Positions 11,720-24,623 are shown, counted from the whole stretch's first letter. The stretch is DNA of 63,187 nucleotides, filler included, from Chiloscyllium plagiosum (GCF_004010195.1; 4 parts of one record of this genome joined end to end with filler, not necessarily neighbours in it); one strand, 5' to 3'. Made by a program: numbers and translations. Notes: generated from the sequence alone by a model not told the origin.

Positions 11720-12450
11720 TCAAACCAATGACACTTCCAGCTAGAAGGAAAAAAGCCTCAGACCCATTTGGTATTCAACATACCATCATTGAATTCTCCC
11801 ACTATCAATATCCTTGGAGTTATCATTGATCAGAAATTCAACTGGACTCGTACCACATATACACAGTGACTACAAGATCGGATCAGAAGTTAATAATACT
11901 GTGGCAAGTAACTTGCCTCCTGAAAGACTGTCCATTTTCTAAGAGGCCCAAGTCAGGAGTGTGATGGAATATTCCCCACTTGCCTGGATGAGTGCAGGCC
12001 CAATAACATGCAGGAAATTTGACACCATCCTGGACAAAGCAGCCCGCTTGATTGGGACCACATTCACACCCTCCACCACTGATGCTCAGTAGCAGCAGTG
12101 TGTACTATCTACAAGATGCACTGCAGGAATTCACTGAAAATCCTCAGCACCTTCCAAAACCACACCACTTCTACCTCAAAGGACAAGGGCAGCAGATATG
12201 CAGGAACACTTCAAGTTCCCCTCCAAGTCACTCCCCATCCTGACTTGATAATATATGACCATTCCTTCACTGTCATTGGATCAAAATCCTTGAATTCCCT
12301 CCTTAATAGCATTGTGGGTCAACCCACAACAGGTGGACTGCAATGGTTCAAGATGACAACTCAGCACCACCCTCTCAAGGGCAACTAGGAATGGGTAATA
12401 AATGCTGGCCAGCCAGCAACACCCACATGCCACAAAATGATTAAATAAAA
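11720..12450 (+). mobile_element. CR1-group LINE 3' fragment with intact tail
   Basis: A second diverged copy of the 9600-10010 segment, continuing to a 3' tail ...gggcaactaggaatgggtaataaatgctggcc...attaaataaaa. Confidence 0.8.
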
Positions 12451-15400
12451 TAAGTGTTTAATGTATGTCAGAGCATTTTATGCCAATCCCAGTCTTACAA
12501 AAAAAAATGTACTTTGAAAAAAATAAGTATCAGACCATAAACGGTTCAAATCAAAGTTCCCTACAGGCTGATTAAGAATTTGAAAACTTTCATTTCAAAT
12601 TATTTTGCTTTTCAAACAAAACACAAATAGAATTATTCAATAATTTAAGAGGAATTACTGCTTACTATATCCTAAGAGCCTTCTCAACATTCACTGAAAA
12701 CAGATTGAAATATTTATTATTAATAAAATAAACAAGTAGCAATCAATATCCTACAGCAACTGTGACAAAGATTTCAGAATAAATAATGCACCAGTAAAGA
12801 TAAATGCCATATCTTGTTCAATTATTTCATCACTTCTTTGCAAGTCATTTTGAAAACGGATAAAACTACATTCAATGATTTCTTCTCTCAAATTCACCCC
12901 ATGAACAAACTGTATTTACATAAAATGAAAAAGCAAAGTTCTGTTAAATAATTGCTATTGAATTTCTAATATTAACATTAGAAATCCAACGTTTGCGATC
13001 TACAATCATGTCTCCTAGCATACACTTCTGAAATTCTGAAAACATTGCACAAATAGGACTGAATAAAGAAAACTAAATCAACCAAATGATGCTGTCAAAA
13101 ACATTAAGCAATATTTTTACAAAGATGCAAAGTTGAAATGACATCTCAGAACATGCTTGTACAATTGTGACAATCATATTGTGAATTTTAGTAAGTGCTT
13201 TGCTTTCACCAGAACCAAGTTAGTGCTGAAAAGGACAGGGATTAAAACATCACTGTTGGAAGTTTAATACAGACACACAAGATGGATGTCAAACCCAAGG
13301 ATGAATGTCAATATTTTACTATAAAACATACTTGGAAATGTTTCAAAATCATAACAGTCATAACCAGGATTCAAAAAAGTGAGGTAATTAAACTAAATCA
13401 GCCACATAAAGTAAAACTCTTCTGAAAAACCTGAATGCTTTTAAATGAAGAGATCTCAAAATCAATATTACATTTCCGCTTACTGTTACATTTGTGCCTC
13501 AGCATTATGACTGGCTTGAAATGTCATACACATAGGATCATGAATTAATAAACATGCTGGCTTAGCCTTCTATTCAACTTTGTAATATTTTTCTTACAAT
13601 GGACATCCATTACAATTTTTTTTTCCAAACATGCAGCGGGAGTGTATAGAATTGATAATGATGCATTATTTATGACTTTTCCAAAATTTCCCATTTTCTA
13701 TAATTACCCCAGTAAGCTGGAAGGTAACAAATGATAAAACACTACTGAAGAAAGGAGGTCAGAGAATCACAATGATCTACAGGCAAATTAGTCTGACACC
13801 AGTTGTCAGGAAAATACAGGAACCCATTATTATTAAGAAAGCAGAGACAGTACCCTTGGAAAGTCATAATTTCATTCAGCCAAAAACGGCCAAAGAATAT
13901 GTAAACCAAAAGTTACTCTCACTGCTTACAATTACAAAAAAATTGCTTTCTTTTTAAGCCTCATTCTGCTTCATATGCACGATCACTGAGCATTGTGCAT
14001 GCTGAAAACCATGTATAAGTGTAGCAGGATTGCCTCATTCATGTACTGTAATCACTTTGTAATAAAAAGCCAACATGCTATTTCCTTTCCCAACTGCTTT
14101 ATCAACTTGCATGTTAAATTTCCTTTGTTCCTTGGACAGTACATCCTGAATTTAAGGTTAGATGCCATTTAAGAAAAGGAAAGCAAAATATTTTAATAAT
14201 AACTACAGAGTTCCCCACATTATACTTTATGTTGCCATGTTGCCCATTCACCTAAGTCACCTTTAACCAAGATTTAATTATGACTTTCCCCAAAAAACGT
14301 TATTTTTATTACACTGTGTTTGAGATATTTATGTTCATATCCAGAGACATGCCCTTCTCAAGAAAAAAAAAGGAACAAATCCAGGCACTGCATTTTTTCA
14401 AATCACAAAAACGTGAGGGCAACATTGCCTGGATGCATTCACCCTGCCAGCAACTTGACCGGAGATAACATTCCTCATGCCACACAAATTGCTGCACCAC
14501 CTAAAAATTAGCATTCTTATGTGTCCTAAAGAGTACAAGACAGAAAGCTTGCCAGGATGACATATTTTCAACCATACTCCAGTTCTATACTATGCGGGAG
14601 TTATTCTGAAAATTTAACTGCTCGCCCCTGGTCCAATATTAGTCTGGTATTAACCACTTCATCTAAAAGGGCAAAAAGGGTGGAATGATGTAACGACCAG
14701 CCCAACCTTAAGAGCAGTAATTCAAAAATCTATCTTTAGCTGTAACTGTGATATAGTTTTCCTGGTTGATAATTTTCCCACCTCCACATGATACCTCCCC
14801 GACATGGACAAACTGACAATAGTAGAATGCAGAATTGGATGTTCAACAGAAGCAGGAGCTCACTGGTTCATATGCCAATGAACTAGTGGATTTAAATACA
14901 AAAAAGGACAGAAGAACATAAATAACAAATTAGATAGGGGAAAAATACGAATAGGCAATCACCAAATTTTCCTAACTCGAGCTCTTCAAGTGGTGATAAC
15001 AAATACGTTATAGGATTAAACTCTTTGTTAATGATCTGTCAAGTCTACTTACTTTACTCTAAAACAATTCAAAATTCCACTTACGTACCAGAAAGTGTGA
15101 ACGTAGGAAAATAAAGAGAAAATGGAGCAGGGTAGGCCATTTGGCCCTCTGAACCTGCTCCACAATTTTATAATGTCAGGGCTGATCTGACTGTGATCTC
15201 AAATCCACCTATTCTCATTACCTTTCACCTCATGCTTCGCAATAACCTATCCACATGTTTTAAAAAACATTTACAGACTCTCTGAAAAAGCAAAGGACGC
15301 AGAGTTCCAAAGAGTCTCAAACTTCAGGGAAAAAAAATTACCTCACCTGTTTCAAATGGCTGACCACATTTTTAAGCAGTGAGCCCTTACTTTTAGATTC

Positions 15401-15679
15401 TCACCAAGAAGAAACACCATCTCCACATAAAACATGTCAGAATCTTCAAGATGTTGTATGTTTCAATTAAGTAATTTCTTACCCTTCTTAACCTTCAGTG
15501 AACACAGGCTTATTATGAGGGGACATTGGAACATACTACAACTTACCCGTTCCAAGTATTGGTGCTGTAAATCTTCTACAAACACTTTTACATCCTTACT
15601 TAAATAAGATGACAATACTGTACACAGTGCTCCTGATGTGGTCTCACCAATATCCTTTATAACTAAGCTTATTCGTCAG

Positions 15680-15835
15680 CTACTTGAGCGTCATCATCCA
15701 CTTTATCCAAAATGACCTACTTTCCAGTGTCAGCATCCAGTATCATCTGAGTGTGAAACTGTTTAACCTTGATTGCTTCCTGGCAAAAACAAAACTCACC
15801 ACTATGGACATGAATAATTTTGCAGATAACTGCTG
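15680..15835 (+). mobile_element. RTE-clade LINE RT fragment
   Basis: Translation VKLFNLDCFLAKTK...NFADNC resembles RTE GKLFNL..L.AKTK...FADD. Confidence 0.55.
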
Positions 15836-15844
15836 CATGACAGC

Positions 15845-16205
15845 TCAGTCGAGAATTGTACAACACAGAAACAGACCCTTTGAGCAAACTCATCCATGCC
15901 AACCAGACATCCCAAACCAACACAGTCCCATCTGCCAGAATTTAGCCCATATCCCTCTAATCTCTTTCTATTCATGTACCCATCCAGATGTCTTTTGAAT
16001 GTTGTGACTATAGCAGCCTCCATTACTTTCTCTGGCAGCTCATTCCATACAGTCACCACCCTCTGCTTGAAAGATTTGCCCTTTAGGTCCCTTTTATATC
16101 TTTTCCCCTCTCACCTTAATCCAATGCCCTCTAGGTTTGGACATTCCTGCCCTAGGAAGACTACTTTGGCTATTCACCTTACCTATGCCCCTTGTGATTT
16201 TATTT
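15845..16205 (-). mobile_element. HER1/CR1 LINE 3' end
   Basis: VWNELPEKVMEA...TFKRHLDGYMNRK followed by the CR1 3'UTR. Confidence 0.85.
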
Positions 16206-17274
16206 CCTTCGCAAAGATTGGCTAATACCTAATATGCTTCTTTTCTATTACTGGATATCTGAAAGACTAACCAGAGAAATGTAATTGCTTTGCCAAAACC
16301 ACACATCTATAATCACAAGAGAAAATTATAAGATTAAGCTTCCTTGATCCTAAGGTTTGGAATTTTATCTCATTTTCATCAATGAAAACCTTCATTTTCC
16401 AGTCCTTTTCAGTTTGGAAGTAGAGTTAGATCAGATTCTAGGCATTAATTGTTTCTCTTTCTTCACAAGCTTCCTGGTCTGTTAACTTGTTCCAGCTCAC
16501 TCTGTTTGGATGATATTACCCATTATTTGGAAGACATTGTAGTGTACATCAATTTCAGTCCAATTTGTAAAATCTGTCTTAATTGTATTTGTCATTTAAT
16601 GTACAATTAGAAGTTTATAATTGACCACAATTGGTCTTTCAATTCATGTTTAATATACATTGATTAAGTTTTAGGACGTTGATGGTAATCTAACATAGCA
16701 TTTGGTATTTGCTTTGTTTCTTTGCAATTAATAATCAGGGTATTAACTCTCCTGTTACCCTAGATGGTAAATGAGCCACAAAGACCAAAAAGCTCTAAAA
16801 CAGTTCTAATTTTTTAAAGCACTAGTTCCTCCTTTTCACACTCAGTCTAACATATCTGCAACCCCTTTCCCAAGCCAATATAACTGCATTTAAATTTATT
16901 TTTGATGTACCTATGTAAGATATGATTTGTCTGGTTAGTACACAAAATAATACTTTTCATTGTATCTTGATACATGTGACAAACATAAAATCAAATCAAT
17001 GGCCGTGAAAGCCACATTGTTCTATTCAAACATTATCCATCCATGTAGTAACCTACCCCCATTTTTACATGTTAACGTTGGTGGAACAAATAGATGCTCA
17101 TGTCCACATTCCTCACAATGAATTTAAAGAAATACCAAAATCACTGGTGTGAGGCGACTTTGCAATATACTGCCAACCAGGTGCAGTTATAAGCCATAAA
17201 CCAGAAAAATACTTGACTAGTTCCAACAATTGCTACACAGTCAGGAGCAGTTCCTCAAGCTTCATCAAGTGAGC

Positions 17275-17565
17275 GACATGGTGGCACAGTGGTTAGCACT
17301 GCTGCCTCACAGGGCCAGAGACCAGGGTTCAATTCCTGCCTCAAACAACTGTCTGTGTGGAGACATCTGTTGCACATTCTCCCCATGTCTGCGTGGGTTT
17401 GCTCCGGTTTCCTCCCACAGTCCAAAAATGTGCAAGTTAGGTGAATTGGCCATGCTAAATTGCCCATAGTGTGGGGTGAAAGGGTTTGGGTGGGTTGCTC
17501 TTCAGAGGGTCGGTGTGGACTTGTTGGGCCGAAAGGCCTGTTTCCACACTCTAAGTAATCTAATC
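17275..17565 (+). mobile_element. HE1-type V-SINE
   Basis: GGTGGCACAGTGGTTAGCACTGCTGCCTCACAG head, V-domain and TAATCTAATC tail. Confidence 0.9.
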
Positions 17566-18059
17566 GAAAGCTTTGCTCAACTGTATACTAAAACAATTAA
17601 GTGACTCAATTTATTACAAATGCATTATTTATTCACAAGATAGCATTTGTCATAAACAATTTACAGGTCAACTTTCAAAGTACATTAAAGTTTTAGAAGA
17701 TACAGAATTGCTTGTTTCTAAACTGGGCCACTGGTATTGAGAAATAGCATTTAACTAGGTTTTTGAAGAAGTAGAATGGGGGAGGTTTGGGAAGCAAATT
17801 TTAAAGGACAGAGGGTGCAAACAGGTAAAAGAATGGATTATGGTGTTAAACACACAAGCATTTGTAAATTACGACAAAAGAAATGGCCTGTACTGACCAA
17901 CATGGTGTTAGAAAGAGAATTAAAATAGAAAATAGCAAATACACTACACAGATTCAGTCAGACCCAGTGAGTATTTCCAGCATTTTCTGTTTTTCTCTTA
18001 AATTTCCAAGTTCACTTTACATATTATGTCACAATTTACGACAATTTGTACTATACTAA

Positions 18060-18640
18060 AAAAGTGTGGCCATCCTTCAATCTGAGGGATGGTAGACATG
18101 CTGCAAACAATTCATCTAGCTGGGTGTCTTCAGAGATGCACTTGTGCTGATGCCTGTGAAGGCCAATTGTTAATAGGCAGGATCTTCAGGGAGGGGAACA
18201 CATGAAGCTGTCAAATTATGTTCTGGGTTGTTGCTTTCAGCATTAGCAGTGTTTCCAAACTACAGCAGCCATTGATCATCATGGTAGTGGACATCAACAC
18301 CAATGGGGTCACCGCTTCTCACTTTCACCAATCAGATTCTTGCATGTTTAGGGCTTTGTCAAGATTCTAAGCTTGGAAACAGATGATGCATGTTCTGTTA
18401 TCTGGCTCCCGCTACCTTATTGTACAGAATACCGTTGGGTGTGTGGCTATCTTCCAACCTGTGGAGACATCCAATGTACCAAAGCTGCTTTGGCTTGAGT
18501 AGAGCAAACATACTTGGGATATCTGCCTTTGAGAATTCATGATTTTGTCCTGCCATGATAGACCCATAACATATCTTAGACACTGAAGACAGAAGTTACT
18601 AAGCTTCTTCTCCAGATCACATGTCACAGCCATTTTACAT
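18060..18640 (-). mobile_element. RTE-clade LINE C-terminal fragment
   Basis: IGCLHRLEDSHTPNGILY...GAR resembles RTE WLGHV.RM.D.R.PK..LY; CLRYVMGLSWQDKI resembles CLR.I..I.W.D.I. Confidence 0.7.
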
Positions 18641-18754
18641 TACACTTTGCATGTTTCATGAGTTGGCCAAATGTGGTATCTGCTTTCCCCAGCTCCATTA
18701 AAGGGACAGATAGGTCTAACAGTAATGAGACAAAGTTTGCAGAATTTGCTAGGC

Positions 18755-19490
18755 AATGGTCTCCCTGCTATAGGAAGGATGTTGTGAAACTTAAAAGGGT
18801 TCAGAAAAGACTGACAAAAGATGTTGCCAGGGTTGAAGGGATGGAGTTATAGGAAGAGGCTGAATAAGCTGGGGCTATTTCCCTGGAGTGTTGGAGGCTG
18901 AAGGGTAACCTTACAGAGATTTATAAAGACCAGGAGTGGCATGGATAAGATGAATAGCCAAGATCTTTTCCCTAGGGTGAGGAGGGTCTGGAAGTAGAGG
19001 GTCCAGAACTAGAGCGGGAGGGGAAAGCTTTAAAAGGGGTCTTAAGGGGCAACTTTTTCACACAGATGGTGGTGTGTATAAGGAATGAGTTGCCAGAGGA
19101 AGTGATGGAGGAAAGCACAATTACAATATTTGAAAAACTTGGCATTAGTAAAAGCACAGCCAGTCAGGCAGCATCCAAGCATCAGGAGAGTCGCATTTCA
19201 TGCATAAGCTTACAGCTGAAACGTTGACTCTCCTGTTCCTCAGATGCTGCCTGACCTGCTGTGGTTTTTCCAACACCACATATTTTGACTCTTAGCTCCC
19301 CGGCATCTGCAGGCCTTAATTTCTCCACAATTACAATATTTAAAAGGCACCTGGATGGGTATATGAATAGGAAAGGTTTAGAGGGATATGGACCAAATGC
19401 TGACAAATGGGACTAGATTAATTTAGGATATCTGGACAGCGTGGACAAGTTGGACCAAAAGGTCTAATTCCATGCCATTCAGCTCTATGA
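18755..19490 (+). mobile_element. HER1/CR1 LINE 3' fragment, split by a PLE terminal insertion
   Basis: WSPCYRKDVVKLKRVQKR, then the CR1 3' end; resumes after the duplicated CACAATTACAATATTT. Confidence 0.85.
19132..19325 (+). mobile_element. PLE family-1 terminal fragment with a 5' inverted arm, nested in a CR1 LINE
   Basis: 16-bp TSD CACAATTACAATATTT (19116-19131, 19326-19341); partial inverted repeat gtcaggcagcatc / gatgctgcctgac. Confidence 0.8.
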
Positions 19491-20207
19491 CATCCAGTAT
19501 GGTATTATTCAACATCAATCTTTCTCTTTCTAGATTCCCTTCCTTGCTTTTCACCCCACACAACTGCCAGAAGGCTAAATGAATGTATTTTTTATTACAA
19601 GGAGAACTGAGTACAGAAGTAGAGAGGTCGTGCTTCAATTAATCAGGGTATTGGTGAATCCAAATGTAGAGTGCAGTGTACAATACTGGTCTCCTTATTT
19701 AACAAAAGGAGTTCAATGTGTTGGCAGCAGTTCAGAGGTTTACTAGACTAAAACATGGAATGGGCAGGCTGCCTTTGAGGAAAGACTGAATAGCTATGCT
19801 TATATATAAGATAGCAAGAAGTGACTTGATTGAAACATGTCGCAGAGTTCTTGACAGGGTGAATATGGAAAGGATATTCCTTCTTGACGGAGAAGGATTC
19901 TGGGTAATCAAAGATGAAGGACAGGAAAAATTTCTGGCTGTAACAGCTGCTCCTTTTTTGAGGTATTTTAGGTATTGGAGGTGATTTCCTCGAATCCCAG
20001 GAGCAGCAATTACTGTTTTATATGCTGTTGCATTGTTTTGGAACTTGGGGGGGGAAAAAAAAAGTCAAAACAGCAGTTTTAAAAGGAGAGGAACAGACAA
20101 AGGAAGCACATGGTGAGGTCAGTGCAGGAGAGAGAGAGAGAGAAAGAGAAAGAAACTGACACTGCAGTGAACCTGCACAGTTACTGTCTTTGCTGTTTGA
20201 ATTCATG

Positions 20208-20407
20208 TCACACAGAGGATGGTACGTGTATGGAATGAGCTGCCGGAGGGAGTGGTGGAAGCTGGTACAATTGCAACAGTTAAAAGGCATCCAGATAGAT
20301 ATATGAATAGGAAGAGTTTGGGTGCTAGATTGGGTTGAGATATCTGGTCGGCATGGACGAGTTGGACCGAAGGGTCTGTTTTCATGCTGTACATCTCTAT
20401 GACTCTA
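20208..20407 (+). mobile_element. HER1/CR1 LINE 3' end
   Basis: tggaatgagctgcc...gaagggtctgttttcatgctgtacatctctatgactcta tail. Confidence 0.85.
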
Positions 20408-20816
20408 ATCCAGAACAAGAGTGTTCCTGTTTAAAAATGAGGATTGCTCACTTACGACAGAGATGAGGATTTTTAAAAAAACTCTCAAAGAGTTTTGAAT
20501 CTTTGAGACTCTCTCCTTCAAAAGGCTATATAAGCAGAGTCTTCAAATATGTTTAAGGTAAAGGTGAATAGATTATTCAGAAGAGGTGAAAGGTTATCAG
20601 GGCAAGTGGAGTAATCAGATGAGCACTGTATGGCAGAGTAGGTTTAAAAGACCAAGCGGCATTTCATATATAAATCATATCTTCATCGTTCCTTGTACAA
20701 ATGACTTGTATCCATTTTTTTAAAAATCACATTTTATTATACAAAAACTATAGCACTAAGGAATAGAAAACACAACCAATGCTATCTTTCCAAACACAGA
20801 CTCTTAGTAAATAATT

Positions 20817-20970
20817 GAGAGTTAAAAAGTGTGGTGTTGGAAAAGCAGAGCAGGTCTGGCAGCATCCGAGAAGCAGGAGAGTCGACGTTTCAGGCACAAG
20901 CCTTTCACTATTCCTGACGAGCTTTTCCAGGCCACACTTTTTAACACTCATCTCCAGTCCTCACTTTCTC
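20817..20970. mobile_element. Fold-back PLE family-1 terminal fragment
   Basis: Inverted arms gttaaaaagtgtgg..ggaaaagc / gcttttcc..ccacactttttaac; flanking repeat CTCTT(A/C)GTAAATAATT (20801-20816, 20968-20983). Confidence 0.75.
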
Positions 20971-21399
20971 TTCGTAAATAATTTAGCCATCTCTGCCCAC
21001 AGGCTCGACACTTATTTGATGTACTGCACTGCATATCTCTCACTGAATTAGAATCGACACCTTTACCATCAGAGCTGCTGCATGAGAATCTTTAGACTCG
21101 ATTCAACAGTTCACCCTGACACAAAGGCGGATGAAATTAGAGTTGCCTTTATTCCCAAGACTGGAGAGAGGAGGTGAATTCTCTTTTGTTTTTTTTTAAG
21201 TTCTCAGTAAACATAGATTACAGTAAAATGTATTTTGACGACACTCCTAAAAAAAATCCGCTGCACTATAATCACTTGTCCCAAAGAGGTAATTACAACA
21301 ATGAAAGTAAAACGAAGCAGAGTAAATCATATTCCAAACATGTAATAACCCTGCAGGTACATTATAAGGCGGTGGATGCACCTGCTGTCAGCTGACCAG

Positions 21400-21900
21400 A
21401 TGAATGTCTGGATACAGGACAAGTGGTGACCTCCAGCCAATCCGGGTCATCAATTCCGGCCTCCGCACGTCACAATGGACCACACAACGACCGTTAATCG
21501 CGCGAGTCGGCAGTTTACTTCAAAAATCACCGGCCGAAAGGCAGAGGCGGACTGCACCCACCGACCCAGGGAAATGTACCCGGGGCCGGAGCTAGCTCGC
21601 TCGCTCACCGACTGCGCCCGCCCCATCAACAGAACAAAGACCATCAGGTGAGTACCGTTTTCAAATGGCTCCGGCTTACTCGCCCACTTTTCATCAATCC
21701 TCCTCACCGAAGAATCTCCACGGTGACCAATTCCTTTCTCACTCTCTCTTATTCCACTCGCATCGGCACCTCCAGACGATCCGCCATTTCAACCGCCGCC
21801 CAAACACCGGTCACGTGGTCCGATTGCAAGACGTCACCACCACCCCGGGAGCAGGAGGCGTCCAAACCCAGATCAACCGGGATCATTGTCCCAGATCAAC
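21400..21900. promoter_or_regulatory. CpG island; probable KIDINS220 promoter, possibly bidirectional
   Basis: The only CpG-dense non-repeat stretch in the window. Contains CCAAT (21437), CACGTCA (21466), GC box (21617), YY1-like CCGCCATTT (21781), E-box CACGTG (21812) and CRE-like GACGTCA (21830). Lies 5' of the minus-strand KIDINS220 exon with no linker between them. Confidence 0.75.
21708..21800 (-). other. kidins220: Candidate non-coding exon 1 of KIDINS220
   Basis: Minus-strand donor TCG|GTGAGG at 21708/21707; alternatives are CGA|GTAAGC at 21680 and TCG|GTGAGC at 21609. The TSS is inferred near the YY1 motif and implies an intron 1 of ~21.5 kb. Confidence 0.5.
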
Positions 21901-22530
21901 CCGGATTACTGTTCGACATTCCGGATTACTACCCAATTCTGGTATTATATCCCAACTCCTGGATCACCACCTGAATCCGGGATCACTGCCCTTGTCCTGG
22001 GTCGTAACCAGAGTCCGGTATCACAGCCTGAACCCCCGGATCAAAATCTGGTTAGAGGTTCACGTTCCACATCCATAATCCCATCCCGATTCCCAGATCA
22101 CTGCCCAAGCCTCAGGTCAGGTCCTTGGTCCTGGATCACAGCCTGAATTCCCGAATACAATCCGAATGCTAGAATACAACCGGATTCTGGGATCACAACT
22201 TTGAATAGGTAGCGAACCTGAGATCCTCAAGGGATCGAGAACTCTAGGTGTGATCCGGGATTTGGTTCGGGATTCAGAACTCAGGCACTGATCTGGATTC
22301 CTGGACTCGGCTTGTGATTGCAGACGTGGTTTGTGATCCGGACTCCAATTGTAATCTGGGACTAGGGCTGGGTTCCTGCCGGGATTTGGTTCGGGATTCA
22401 GAACTCAGGCACTGATCTGGATTCCTGGACTCGGCTTGTGATTGCAGACGTGGTTTGTGATCCGGACTCCAATTGTAATCTGGGACTAGGGCTGGGTTCC
22501 TGCACTCGGGTTGTTGTTTTGGATTCTGGA
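21865..22530. repeat. Degenerate CCGGATCAC/GTGATCCGG-type minisatellite, including an exact 124-bp tandem duplication
   Basis: Recurrent ccgg(g)atcac/attac words to ~22200, then their reverse complements; 22256-22379 is repeated at 22380-22503. Confidence 0.7.
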
Positions 22531-22865
22531 TCAGTGGTGCTGGAAGAGCACAGCAATTCAGGCAGCATCCGAAGACAGGCAAAATCGACGTTTCGGGCAA
22601 AAGCCCTTCATCNNNNNNNNNNNNNNNNNNNNNNNNNNNNNNNNNNNNNNNNNNNNTTAATTAATTAANNNNNNNNNNNNNNNNNNNNNNNNNNNNNNNN
22701 NNNNNNNNNNNNTCTCTCAGTCCCCTTGCTCACCCTACCCCCCCAAGGCCTTATACTCAAAACGTTGACTCTCCTGCTCCTCAAATGCTACCTGAACTGC
22801 TGTGCTCTTCCAGCACCACTAATCCAGAATCTGGTTTCCAGCATCTGCAGTCATTGTTTTTATCT
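22525..22865. mobile_element. PLE family-1 terminal fragments on both sides of an artificial linker
   Basis: 22525-22612 is essentially identical to 1892-1978 (minus-strand hammerhead-like core, cut by the gap); 22760-22865 is the plus-strand tail. Confidence 0.75.
22613..22712. other. Artificial contig linker N44-TTAATTAATTAA-N44
   Basis: Identical 100-bp construct at 46929-47028 and 60056-60155; gives stops in all six frames. Confidence 0.95.
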
Positions 22866-23078
22866 AGAAGCAAGGAAATTGCCTTGTCCCATGTTGCTAT
22901 TAAACAAACGAGGTGGCAGCAGCACCACCCTCAAACACTGCTCAACCCCAACAAAGCAGGTGAGGCCAGATTGTCAATTGTAACCTCTGAGACCACAAAA
23001 CCAAGATAACCAAGCTTTTAGTCCTGAGAATCTGAAAATACGACATGTTTTCAAATATGAGATAATAAAATTATTTAA

Positions 23079-23580
23079 CCAATCTGTCTAGCAAATCTCA
23101 ACAAAAATAGAATCTAGAATCATTTGACCTGTAGAATGAGATTATGGAAGTATTTCCTTTTCAATGTTCAGTTAGTTTTTTTCAGATCAGGTATTGATCA
23201 CCCCAAAAACAGACCTGTGATTGGTTCCAGCCTATACTGTTTTATATTGTATATATTATATTGTCTATATTCAGTATGTATGGTTAAAATGAACTTCTTA
23301 TATGTCTTTTCATAGTATTATGCTGAAAGATCCACAACATCCACACATTCTTCTTCACTTATATATTTTTTGTCCGTAGAATTTGAAAATATATGCTGAC
23401 CTTAAGTAGGTGCTAAAAATGATTTAGCCAATCGGTCTAGCAAATCTCAACAAAAGTAGAATCCAGAATCATTTGACCCATAGAATGAGAATGTGGAATT
23501 ATTTTCTTTTCAATGTACAGTTAGTTTTATTCAGATCAGTTATTGATCACCCCAAAAACAGACCTGTGATTGGTTCCAGC
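23079..23580 (+). repeat. Two ~153-bp imperfect direct repeats (23079-23231, 23428-23580)
   Basis: ccaatc(t/g)gtctagcaaatctcaacaaaa...gacctgtgattggttccagc appears twice, about 200 bp apart. Confidence 0.85.
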
Positions 23581-24018
23581 TCTGTCTTATAGCTGTTGTA
23601 ATCGGCATGAAGCCTACTACAGGGGTGTGGCCCTTTGAATCAGGGGAGTGTTAACTTGCATGTCACCCAGCAGTGGGGCCAACCACTTTGCTGTTCCAAT
23701 CAAATCTCTGGCTTAATCTCTGAAATGTTTGGTTTATCCTACTGCCTGCACTTCCAGTTTGCTTTCCTCCACCACCCAGGCCTTCTGCTATCTAACAGCT
23801 CTATCTGATAGCTCCGGACCCCATCCCTACTTACGTACCACCATCTTCCTCCCACACTCTCACCTCTGTCTCAGCCTCTTTTTCACCTTGGCACTTCCAA
23901 CATTGACCCTCCATCCTTGATTGCAGCCTTGGCTCACTCCTGTATTCCAGTTTATCCAAAATCACGTCTCTGGCTACATTCATCAGTGACCAGATCACTG
24001 GACTCCCTCTCCTGATAC

Positions 24019-24623
24019 TGTTAGAAACAAAATTCAATAAAATTTAGACGAGACCACCAAAGCTGGAAACAAGACAATTTATTCTACGATCTTGCAAGAA
24101 AGGACCCCAATTGCAGAAAGCAATTGAAGTGATGATTATTCAAACTACTACACAATTATACTTTTGAGCTGGGTGAGGTCACCTCTCCTAACTCCTGCAT
24201 TACCCAATCTCTCTTAGTATTTTGCCTCTGCCCATCTATGTTCCACGCCCATTGCCCCCTCCCCCCAGGTTGGCAACCTTCCACACATTATTTTGTTGAC
24301 AGTACATCAAGATCTGGTTTAACATTTTGTATGAATTCTGCTGGTACATTCCATCCTCGGACATTTCATGAACTTGTATCATTTTGTATAGCCCAAGCAT
24401 TTCGGTTATCTCAGCTTTTTGCTGAAAACATAATTTTTAAAAATAACTTATGTGCTATAATAATTACACACCAAAGTTAGTATTTAATTAACCACAATTA
24501 TACACTGAAAAGTAGAGATACTCTTCCCTAAATACCTGAAGAGTTAATAGTTCTCTTGCTGTACCCCTTTTCTGTATGCTTTTTCTATATCTGCAAAAAC
24601 AATACTTTTCCCCATTTCTAACA
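24019..24623 (-). mobile_element. Solo LTR (~605 bp)
   Basis: Inverted termini TGTTAGAAA...TTTCTAACA and a perfect 4-bp TSD ATAC (24015-24018, 24624-24627). AATAAA on minus near 24080; the orientation call is tentative. Confidence 0.75.

Noticed and set aside
10611..11829. Long ORFs of 230-358 aa
   Set aside because: Their length is inflated by the N gap; the real parts are broken PLE sequence.
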